Assembly (NCBI RefSeq): GCF_964355755.1
Contig: NC_092672.1
Location: 23,821,237-23,885,236, forward strand
Direction of reading: 5' to 3'
Length of the DNA: 64,000 nucleotides
Source: Antedon mediterranea
Taxonomy: Eukaryota; Animalia; Echinodermata
Shown here one piece after another: positions 47,201-57,289 of the stretch; positions within the stretch are counted from its first letter, which is position 1, and each line of letters starts with the position of its first letter. The translations under genes were made by a program, and so were the position numbers. The notes beneath the pieces are model-generated. The model did not search any database. It saw nothing but the letters and a program-made list of their open reading frames with translations, and was not told the DNA's origin.

Positions 47201-50200
47201 ACTATAATCTTGCCATCACTAAAACATGAATCAACACATGCTGGAACCCAAACCTCTTACCTGGCCATTAGATTTAGTGACTATAATCTTGCCATCACTA
47301 AAACATGAATTGACACATGCTGGAACCCAAACCTCTTACCTGGCCATTCGATTTAGTGACTATAATTTTGCCATCACTAAAACATGAATTAACACACGCT
47401 GGAACCCAAACCTCTTACCTGGCCATTAGATTTAGTGACTATAATCTTGCCATCACTAAACATGAATTAACACACGCTGGAACCCAAACCTCTTACCTGG
47501 CCATTAGATTTAGTCACTATAATCTTTCCATCACTAAAACATGAATCAACACATGCTGGAACCCAAACCTCTTACCTGGCCATTAGATTTAGTGACTATA
47601 ATCTTGCCATCACTAAAACATGAATTAACACATGCTGGAACCCAAACCTCTTACCTGGCCATTCGATTTAGTGACTATAATCTTGCCATCACTAAAACAT
47701 GAATTAACACACGCTGGAACCCAAACCTCTTACCTGGCCATTAGATTTAGTGACTATAATCTTGCCATCACTAAACATGAATTAACACACGCTGGAACCC
47801 AAACCTCTTACCTGGCCATTAGATTTAGTCACTATAATCTTGCCATCACTAAAACATGAATCAACACACACTGGAACCCAAACCTCTTACCTGGCCATTA
47901 GATTTAGTGACTGTAATCTTGCCATCACTAAAACATGAATTAACACATGCTGGAACCCAAACCTCTTACCTGGTCATTAGATTTAGTGATTATAATCTTG
48001 CCATCACTAAAACATGAATCAACACACACTGGAACCAAAACCTCTTACCTGGCCATTATATTTAGTGACTATAATCTTGTCATCACTAAAACATGAATTA
48101 ACACACGCTGGAACCCAAACCTCTTACCTGGCCATTAGATTTAGTGACTATAAACTTGCCATCACTAAAACATGAATTAACACACGCTGGAACCCAAACC
48201 TCTTACCTGGCCATTAGATTTAGTGACTATAATCTTGCCATCACTAAAACATGAACTAACAGTTAACACACGCTGGAACCCAAACCTCTTACCTGGCCAT
48301 TATATTTAGTGACTATAATCTTGCCATCACTAAAACATGAATTAACACACGCTGGAACCCAAACCTCTTTTTCCTCATGTATCCACACCATTAACCCCTG
48401 AAAGTACAGTAAACAGTTCATTATTCAATTCAATCAACTTTTATTATCCACAATCTGATTCTTTTGGTTGTGGCAGACTCACAAATGTAAACAAACATTT
48501 AAAACAAACATTTAAAATACACATCTATACAAATTATTGCTAAAGAGTAATTTTTGTAAAGTCTAACAGCTTTCATAATAAATTATTCATTTGGAGCTTT
48601 GAGGACTAAAATATGTATTGAAAAGAGGATGTGTTTCATTTTGAAGGATCTAATAGTAATTATTCTGTATATAATTCTTTATGTTAAAACCATTCATGAA
48701 TACGTACATGTGTGACGTTTCAACTTGTTTTTAACAAGTCAGGCAATGACTATTTGTAATTTGTAATAGTCTGTGATTTTCCGAAGTTCTTTGCCTTTTT
48801 AGGGGGCGCTAATCTACAACTAGCAAAGCTACAGTACTCCTAGCAACTACTAACATCTAGTCAGTTGCCAGATGAAGACTTATTAAAAACAAGTTGAAAC
48901 GTTGCACATGTACGTATTATTTTTAAACAATCTACTGACTTAAAGAAGGGCTAGACAGATGGAATTAGTAAATTAACCAGCCATGTGTGGGCAACCATTT
49001 CATTCCATGTTTTAATACCCTAATGACTAACTGTGCCAAGTGTCAGAATTTTCACTTCAGGTCTACTAAAGTAGGCCTACTATGCATGACAGAGAGAATA
49101 TCAACAGCATTTTCCTTTACCTTTTTGAAACGACATGCTGGTTTCTTTTTAACTTGTGGTGGAATGCATCTAGGCCTATTTTTGGTAATAATCTGAAAAA
49201 AATAGCGAAATGCTAAATTTTTACAAACAAATTTTTATGAACATATAACCACTTGTGACCTAGCCTAGCTAGGAATTTAAATGGTTATTTGGCCCTATAC
49301 TACTATTATAGCCTAGACAGGCCTGCCTACAGTACTAATAGGAACAGGCTTTTGCAGAAAAGTGTAGTCGGTCTGATTTGATTTGAATTGATTAGAAAAT
49401 CATCATAAAAAATACATACAAAAGAAAGTGATAACATAAATTACTGACATTACAAATAATACAATTATAAAAGATTTTGCAGGATAGCCCAAAAAGCTTA
49501 GGCCTAAATAAACATTCATCCCTTATATATAGTACCAAACAAATATTGACCAGAACCAGCAATCAACAACGCTCCATACCGAACACCCGATTTTATCGGA
49601 ACCAAAATAAAACATCGATTTGACCATATATCAAACATAAAACTACCACATTGGGCCCTGCGCTAATACGATCGGGCCCAGCAAATGAGACGATAGAGAC
49701 CAAACTGGTTCCTAACACATGAGACGATCGGGCCAACGCATGAGACGATCGGGACCACATTTTCTGGGCCCAAGACGATCGGGCAGCAAATAAAAAAATT
49801 TTACTGTGATAACCGGCCTAGACTTAGGTTAGGCCTAATATAGTAATAATACGATTTCGATCCAAGTCGGCCCTAAACCGTCTCGGCCAAAGTCAAGTCG
49901 GCCCCAAGTAAACCCCAAGTCAAGTCGGCCCCACGTCAAGTCGGCCTCAAGTCAACTCGGCCTCACGTCAACTCAGCCAAAAAATAATCGGTCAACTCGG
50001 CCCCATTAAAGTATGGAACGCAAAAAGTGCAAATGAAGAGGATTGATAAAATAATATTTCTTCACAATTTTTTAACTATGAATAATTCTGACTTTTAATG
50101 AATATTAATATTTAGACAATAATATATTTAGCAACAAAAACAGGAATGATTTCACCAACTTTCCTTTATTTACGTTTAATAAAATTTCAAATTGCACAAT

Positions 50201-50961
50201 TGAAAACAATTCGTAGCTGCGCCTCCCTGTGCGTTTGGCAGCTTTTTCGATATCTACAGTACAACTGCTATGTGTTTTCGCTGACCGGGGGATTCCCCTT
50301 TTTTTAAAACGCAAAGTATGGACAAAAACGATGTACGATCATTTTTTCTATGGCCAAATGTGATGGAACGTAGGCCTCCGTCTTCGATTTACTAAATGCA
50401 ATAGGCCTACCTGCACATGTTTTTGTAACACGCGGGTACTTCTATTCATATCGGCAATGAGTTCATTTTTTTATATGATATTATTATATTATATTTTTCA
50501 TTTCTTCATTTTTTAGAGTGGATAGGCCTAGGCCTAGTAATAATCATAATAACATTAAGTATTTTTTGCGTTCCATACTTTATTGTGGCCGAGTTGACCG
50601 ATTAGTTTTTGGCCGAGTTGACGTGAGGCCGAGTTGACTTGAGGCCGAGTTGAGTTGAAGCCGACTTGACGTGGGGCTGACTTGACCTGCACCCAATAAT
50701 ACCCTACCCAGGCCTACCTACCTAGCCTAGGCCTAGTAGGCTACTAGCTAGGCTATGATTGATAGCCTAGAGGAGGAGTATAGGCTAGCCTGGCTGGCCC
50801 TAGTTTAGGCCTAGATTTATTGCACCTGACCTGCATTATCCTACATAATTGCCTGTACCTAGCCTAGCTAGGCGCCGCCTAGTAATTGCATTAATTTAGT
50901 AACTTACTTTTTTGCCTACTGGAATGTAATTATTGCTGTTTTCCATCAAAATAGTTGTCAT
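32219..50961 (-). CDS. MYO19: Unconventional myosin XIX, 23 coding exons
   Basis: Exons (5'->3'): 50961-50908, 49192-49121, 48397-48293, 46998-46893, 46123-45984, 45519-45406, 45054-44996, 44854-44781, 43874-43805, 43670-43568, 42926-42729, 41187-41097, 40395-40206, 39034-38845, 38496-38386, 37781-37605, 37076-36984, 36645-36589, 36065-35887, 35183-34994, 34100-33974, 33436-33294, 32938-32219. P-loop GESGSGKT followed by the class-XIX-like WNARCLLKY; [12 protein letters not shown]; switch [11 protein letters not shown]; [12 protein letters not shown]; switch [10 protein letters not shown]; [19 protein letters not shown]; PHYIRCIKP; [11 protein letters not shown]; GKTKIFL; three IQ-like motifs. 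All introns GT-AG with matching phases. Confidence 0.9.
32588..32795 (-). repeat. Coding 42-bp repeat (5 x [14 protein letters not shown]) in the last MYO19 exon
   Basis: In-frame tandem repeat visible in ORF 32219..32923. Confidence 0.9.
33361..33902. repeat. ~110-bp tandem repeat (5 copies) of the acceptor plus 5' part of MYO19 exon 22
   Basis: Each unit on the minus strand reads ...CACTAATTAG..TGATATGTTGTAG|GTTTTAGAGGCTGGAAG...CAGTATGCTATGAT; only the lowest-coordinate copy continues into the rest of the exon. Confidence 0.93.
34639..34855. repeat. Intronic minisatellite, 36-bp unit, 6 copies
   Basis: Unit GCCTAAGTAATAAGACTGCCTAGTTCACCTTACCTT. Confidence 0.93.
35405..35478 (-). pseudogene. 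tRNA-like sequence (tRNA pseudogene or SINE head)
   Basis: Minus strand GCCCCAGTGGTCTAATGGTTAGGATATTTGCATATCAAGCAGAAGGTTTCCGGGTTTGAATCTCAGTGAGGGCA has an A-box and a degenerate B-box; stems are mismatched. Confidence 0.6.
39151..39906. repeat. Purine-rich intronic minisatellite, 38/42-bp units
   Basis: Unit GTCAGGCCATGACAG(A/C)AAGAGAGATTAGGCAGAAAGAA(AGAA). Confidence 0.95.
40796..41041. repeat. Intronic minisatellite, 49-bp unit, 5 copies
   Basis: Unit TTAAAGGTTGCAACTACTTTAAGCTGAACTATAAATACTGTATGCAATC. Confidence 0.93.
41319..42552. repeat. Intronic minisatellite, 77-bp unit, ~16 near-identical copies
   Basis: Unit AGTTCACTGATGTTTACTGTCCACATGTGCTGGATTAGTTCAACCAAGGCATCTAAACACATTGCTTTGGTTCAGTT, with an internal hairpin AACCAAGGCA..TGCTTTGGTT. 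Confidence 0.97.
44443..44483. mobile_element. 41-bp palindromic mini-element (second copy)
   Basis: CAGGGAAGAGTTAAATTA-CAATT-TAATTTAACTCTTCCCTG with an exact 7-bp TSD GTTTTCT (44436-44442, 44484-44490). Confidence 0.85.
46054..46587. repeat. ~92-95-bp tandem repeat (~6 copies) of the acceptor plus 5' part of MYO19 exon 5
   Basis: Units start at ~46054, 46146, 46241, 46336, 46431 and 46523; the first five contain TGTTCATAG|TGCTGAACTGTTTA...GGCAACAC on the minus strand, the last is partial. Confidence 0.93.
47100..48368. repeat. 79-bp tandem repeat (~16 copies) of the 3' part of MYO19 exon 3 plus its donor site
   Basis: Minus-strand unit AGAGGTTTGGGTTCCAGCGTGTGTT(A/G)ATTCATGTTTTAGTGATGGCAAGATTATAGTCACTAAATCTAATGGCCAG|GTA, i.e. 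codons EVWVPACV(N/D)[16 protein letters not shown] plus GTAAG. Confidence 0.95.
48422..48690 (-). mobile_element. 3' fragment of a Rex/L2-type LINE
   Basis: Minus strand encodes NETHPLF..FSPQSSK and ends in AATAAA plus a (TTGAA)n tail. Confidence 0.5.
49853..50694. mobile_element. Non-autonomous MULE (Rehavkus-like) with subterminal GTCAA(G/C)TCGGCC repeats, in MYO19 intron 1
   Basis: Inverted arms ~49910-50026 and ~50562-50690; 8-bp direct flanks AATAATAC (49845-49852, 50695-50702); G...C termini. Confidence 0.75.
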
Positions 50962-51280
50962 TTTGATAGGCGCGCCTCCTCTCTCACTTCCCCAAAACCA
51001 ACAGTTCCTTTTTTTTTTTTCAAAAACACCGCCGCGCGCGCCACCTATAATAAAGTATCTAAGGGTATGTTCAGACTCACGGAGTTACGGTGGAGTTATC
51101 TACGCAAGGCGTACGGTAATCCGTGGCGTTAAAAGTCAAGGTGTTCAGACACAACGATTAGCATTCCAAACGTCTTGCGTTTAAAGCGGAAGTTCCGTCA
51201 TACCGAAACGGCCGATGGGATACATACACACAATAACAACAACAGAGCTGAGAGTGACACGCGCGAAAGTTTACAACACA

Positions 51281-53329
51281 ATGTTACCTTCAAATGTAAT
51301 GGTTTTTTTGCCGATTTTTTTGCAAATCCTTACAGAAGATAGTAATTTCGAACATAATTATTACACGGACAATGACTTTGCCATTATTTGTATGATTTTA
51401 ATTAATTTTGTGAAATCATGTCGCCGACGCCAACTTCGTCAGGAAGAATTGAGAAGAAACATTTTGTGGCATATGATTCAAGAGGAACAGGCTGGAATGG
51501 AGCTTATTTTCGCCTCCCACTATGAAGTGGAAAACCGGCCGAGTTTTCGTCGATGGTGGGTGAAACCAGGAAATAGAAGCTCCTTTTGGTGGGATAACAT
51601 TGTCATTGCTCACTGGGATGATGAAGATTGGCTTGCTAACTTTAGGTGGGTTTTTGATATTTTCAAAATACAGTAGGCCTACCACCCAAAAACGTACATC
51701 GCAAAGCAAGGCACCCCAAGCAAGTAACGGGATCCGCAAGTAACTAGTACTAGTAGGGCCTAGGTCTAGCCTATATGCTCTGGCTAGTTTGCTAGTAACT
51801 AGGCCTAGCTAGGCTTTCTACAATAGAAATAATAATAATAACTTATATTTAGGCTTATAAAATGAAAAGGACACCGGCGTTAATCACCTAATCATGGAGC
51901 TATAAAATTAGAGCTCCATGACCTAATCAAGTAGGGGCTAAGCCCATCTCTGGACGCTTGACCCCTAGCTAGCTTTACAAGCCTTGTCTTTTGTATTTGT
52001 TTGGCCAACCAGATAGCGAGGCTAGTCTCAGGACTGTTTGTTACAAATCTCCAATGTACTATACTAGATATGATAGTATTTTTTTTTCAGGATGGACAAG
52101 GGAACATTTATGTACCTAGTAGAAGAACTTCGGCCATATATCAAGTATGAAAACACCAGAATGCGAGCAGCATTTACTTTGGAGATTAGGCTTGCTCTCA
52201 CTCTTTATAGACTGGCTACAGGGTCATCTTTTCGTTGTATTTCGAATCAATTTGGTGTTGGGCGGTCGACAGCTTGCGAAATTTTTCATGAGGTATGTAG
52301 AGAGGTGGAAAGAATTTTAATGCCGAAGTTTATTTATGTGCCTGAAGGACAAGAACTATTAGTAAGTTTCCATCCAGTATACAGTATATTAAATTACAAA
52401 AGACTCAAAAATATTAAGTACATTGGCCATTGCAATTCAATGATTTTCTTGACCCAACAATTTTTAAAATATAGTAATGTAAAATAAAAAAATTACATTT
52501 TCAAAACAAAAGTTACATATATTGTAGACTTGCATTAATGAATAGATTTTCTTTCTGTAGAAACAAATTTAACTTTACTTTTTGTTGCAATACTATTAGT
52601 TGATACATCTTTAAAAGAAAATTTATCTTATAGGGCATGGTAGAAAATTTCAAAATGAAAAAAGGATTTCCGCAAGTTGCTGGAGCTATAGATGGCACGC
52701 ATATTAAGATCTTTGCACCAAAGGAGAATGCTCAGGATTATTTTAACCATAAATGGTCATACTCTGTTCTCCTTCAAGGGTTAGTAGACGCAGACGGAAA
52801 ATTTATGAACACTTTTTTTGGATTGCCCGGAAGTGTGCATGATGCCAGAATGTTCAATTTGTCGACGTTAAGTCAAAAGCTAGCTGAAAATACATTATTT
52901 AAACCCAATCCTACTGTAAATATTGAAGGGAGTGATGTGCAACTTTTAATAATAGGCGACCCAGCATATCCATTGCTCCCTAATTTAATAAGGCCGTACA
53001 TTGGTAGAGGAAATCTTGACAGAAGAAAATCATCATTTAATTTTAAGCACTCTTCGACAAGGATGACTGTAGAAAAAGCTTTTGGCCGATTAAAGGGTCG
53101 ATGGAGAATATTACTCAAAGAAAATGAGCACGAAATAAGCAATCTACGCCCGATTGTACAGACATGCTGTATTTTGCACAATGTTTGCGAAAAAAACAAT
53201 GTGCCGTTTATGAGACATTTATACGACGAAGTTTACTTGGAAGATCCTGATGAACAATTATGTAGGCATCCACCTTTACCATCTGGAGAAATTGTGAGAG
53301 ACTCAATCACTACCTATTTAGAAGATTAA
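51281..53329 (+). CDS. Harbinger DDE transposase (HARBI1-like), 3 exons, intact
   Basis: Exons ~51281-51645 (start could be 51215, 51281 or 51299), 52091-52361, 52634-53329; motifs WLANFRMDKGTF, LALTLYRLATG..FGVGRST (HTH), GAIDGTHI, GSVHDAR, IGDPAYP, VEKAFGRLKGRWRIL, CCILHN. Confidence 0.95.
51893..51920. mobile_element. 28-bp hairpin with 7-bp TSD (P-element-like footprint or mini-element)
   Basis: ACCTAAT-[CATGGAGCT ATAAAATTAG AGCTCCATG]-ACCTAAT in transposase intron 1. Confidence 0.7.
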
Positions 53330-56300
53330 TAGCAGTAACTGAGTAGTTTAAACCAACATAATAATAACTTTATTCTAAACTCTATATGCATGAAACGTCA
53401 TTAATAAGGCAACAATTATTAAACGGTTTATATGAAATGTATAAAAAAAGAAAGTTTCTTTGACTTTTAAAATAAAAATATGAAATTCTGAAAGACTCCA
53501 CTATATTTCTAATCGTAGCTAATACAGAATAAAACATGGCAGATGTAAAACAAATAATCTATACAAACTGTTATAACTTATAAACTACAGTATACTAGGC
53601 AAGTTCCACATGCAAACTAAAGTATACCAACAAAAAGACTTACTACATTTAATTGCATATTGAAAGTGTCATTCACATGTAACTGTTTTTTAGATACAAA
53701 ATGCAACCAAATTGTTACTGCTGCGTGATAAAAAGATGTTTACAATAATGAAATATTTCACATTTACAAGAATACAAATTTGCAATTCTTTAGAGTAGCA
53801 CCAATATTTCTCATCTAAAAAAAAAAACAAGCAAATAAATGACCTACAAACTGTGAGTCCCACATGCAAACAAAAATATATTTCACTATAAAAAACATGC
53901 AACTAAATGTATTGTCATTCACCCGTATTGTCATTCACCCGTATTGTTTTGTTGAGGCACTTTATGATAAAAAGATGTAAAGAAAAGATATATAATGAAT
54001 ACATTTTACAATAATGACATTTCATTGATTGATGTGACAACTGATCTAGTTATTTTCTAACTGTTCAAGGCGTTAATATTAAAATCTCTTTCATAAAATG
54101 TATAGAAGTATTTATAAAAGTATACATATATAATATAAAAAAAGCACCAATGAGAAAAAAAAATGAAATGATTGCACTAGTTTCGCACACTTATTAGTAT
54201 TGATTATATTGATGAGGGTATTGTGGCGCAGTGTATTGTTGTGAAAAAACTGAAAGGAGCTGGGTCATAGTAGAATTTCTTATTCGTCTGTCCTCCAACA
54301 TGTCCTCTCTACTCTGCCTTCTTTCTGCTTCCCTGTCCGCCATTCCTCTTTCTAAAACTGCAGTCAATGAATTGATGGCTTGAAGCTCGCCTGCTCTGTC
54401 TTGGCGATCTTCCTGTCTAGAACGCTCGAACATTGATGACATGCGTTTCCAATTCGCATCAGAATTTTCTTTAATTTTTTTACTGAGTGCATCCACAGTC
54501 CTATCTTTCTTTGACCCACTTGGTGCTCGCCTTTTGGTTCCTAAAAAACAAAATATCATTATGGGCAGCTGGACTACATTTTCAACAGTTGAATCACGAC
54601 ATTCAGGTACAAATTTTGTATTCCTATCCATAAACAATAACTTAAAAAAATAAGTATTTGCAATATACACTTAAGGAAGTGAATACCTTTTTTTGCAACT
54701 GGTGTTTCTGCGTTATTGGCTGAAACCTCTTCTTGTAGTTCTATGCTTGTGTCTGATGATTCTATTTCTGTTACAGGTTCACGGAACCCAACATCACTAC
54801 CTAAAAACAATATAAGAATCTTCTTAAATTAAAAACCTGATTTAGATGAAGTTTTAATGCAAGTGTAAGAGTTTAGCTGGACTGAAGACAAACATCAATT
54901 TATTAGTATCAGTACACTAACCATCTGAATTTATAGTGTTTATAAATGCTTCCTGAGCCTGGTCATCCTTCAGGTACCAATCATGTAAGCCTAAGTAAAA
55001 CAAAATATTTTTTTTACGGACATTTTACATAATACTGTATATATATAATGAGTATTTTATCACACAACATAAGAAACTGAATAATATTTTCTTGTTTTTA
55101 TGAGTATCACAAATAGTATTGCAACTGGATAAATAAAAAATTTCATAAACATTATTTTGTTTATCTACTTACCATAAACCATTTGTTTACTTGGGTTGAC
55201 TACACGTGGAACATTTTCGTCTAAAAAAGGCAAACATTGAAATGCATTAAATATTAATAACCCACACAGTTGGTAAGCACAAAAAAAAATGAAATTGATC
55301 AAACTTACCACTTGTGTCGCTTGCTGGTGAAAGTGGAATCATTGCATTAAGCGTCACATACTCATTGCAATCTAATAGAATAACAATATTTGGTGTTTCA
55401 GATATTCATTTATATACTGATTACTGTACATAGTTAATTAATTTGTTTATAAAAATAGCATTACAATGAAAAAAATTGTATTATTTTAAATCTACCAGTT
55501 CGAACGTCAGCGCTGCTGCTGCTGCTTGCTGCTGATGAACATGGAGTTGCTGATGAACAAGATGGCGTTGATGTCATTTGTGGACGTCTAGAGTGGACTT
55601 GATCTTGTAGGCCTAGTATTTGTAGTATATTTGTAATTAGTACATTCAATAATACATTTTTGTTTTGTTTGCCTAGTACTACTAGCTAGGATCCACAAAC
55701 CAGAAAAGGAGGCTAGGCCTGGCCTAGTACTAGTAGTAAGCCTAGCCTAGTAAGTAGGCCTAGGCTTAAATCGTTATGAAAAAAACATTTTTATTTTTCT
55801 AACAATATTAATTATATTATATATATTATAGGCCTAGGCTAGGTCTAGTCTACACAGTATAGGCCTAGGCTAGGCCTTGTATACATACCGGATTGTCTGT
55901 TGGTGGTCTTAGCTGGCCTACTAGGTCTAGGCATCGGCCGCCGATTACCAGCCATCCCCACCTCATTCGGGGAAAACGAGTCCCCAATAGAGACTGGGGC
56001 TGGGTTTATGCTGGGACGCCTCCCCAGTATGGCATTCAATGCATCGTAATGCTCGAATTCTATATCTTCAGTCCCAGCACCGGACTTGTTTGTTTTGTCC
56101 TTAGCTGCCTTGAATGCAGCTCTGAGGCCTTTTATTTTGATCTGGACGTGGTGTCCCTCTTTTTGGCTGTGACCAAGATTTTGCAGTTTAGATGCAATTT
56201 CTTTAAAAACGGCCATCTTGTTGCCGGCGCTAGCTTTCCAATTTCTAATTTCTATCTTATCTATAAATCATTAGGCGCAGGAGCCCCGGATAGCGTTACG

Positions 56301-57077
56301 AAGTCGTTAACTCTGTCAGCCCATGGTCAACCCAACTAATGTGTTTTTCCCAAGGACAACTTATCAATAACTAAACTTTGTCACCACCCATAAGTGTGCT
56401 GTTCATTTCCTATTGACCAATGAACACCAATGTAACTGGACCTGAGTTTCTTGCTATTCGACCTTGGGTGCAAATTATACAATATAATTGATGTTAAGGC
56501 CACTGACTACTCTTTTCTGTATAGAAACACTGAATTGACTGAATAATAAGAAAACCCTACAATAATTTCTACTACTACTTGATATGGTGTTATACAAGAA
56601 CTATATTAAAAGAATTGAATGTATGGAGAATGAAAAGTTAAACGTTATAACTTATGTAAAACATCACTTAGATGATATCTATCAGATATATCATTTTCTA
56701 AAAATTGTTTCATTAGTTAGAATAGATCACGGAAAACCAATACCAATACTGATCTGGACTCGGAAATTCAAAATGTAGCAGGCAACGTTTCACCAATGAA
56801 AACTTTCAAGACAAACAAAGTATCATAATTATCATGATATCCATTTTTATTTAATAACGATAAATGGATATAAATATTTCGTCTTTTTTGTTATTTTGTG
56901 ATGGAAAATATATTGAGTGAACATTGGCACTGAGCTTAAATGTTCCCCGTCCCCTTAATGTCCGCTTTATAGGAGTGTCCCCTCAGTAAAGATTTGCTGT
57001 TTTTCCCCTTAATAATAAATTATGATGTCCATCTTATCTCAATTTTAATGTGCTACACCCGATAATAGAATACACAT

Positions 57078-57248
57078 CTAGCTCGTGTGTACTTTAAAGA
57101 ACCTAGTACATCTTTCGAGACGAGTGGAGGGTTACCCCGGGTGTATTAGTACATCACAGCCACTGATCACCAACTGGGCCCTCTGGGAGACCAGTCTTTG
57201 ACTGAAGAGGTTACCCAGTATAAATATATATTTCAATTCAATTCAATA
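57078..57248 (+). repeat. 3' portion of a SINE
   Basis: GC-richer segment TTAAAGAACCTAGTACATCTTTCGAGACGAGTGGAGGGTTACCCCGG... ending in a (TTCAA)3 tail; resembles conserved invertebrate SINE central domains. Confidence 0.45.
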
Positions 57249-57289
57249 GAATAACTGTACAGTAGGCTCCCATTTGATGCAATGTGTTA

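Noticed and set aside
49121-49136. ATG at 49136 (MSFQK) as the MYO19 start
   Set aside because: It gives phase 1 at the donor while exon 3 needs phase 0; the whole 72-nt exon is open in the frame set by the ATG at 50961.
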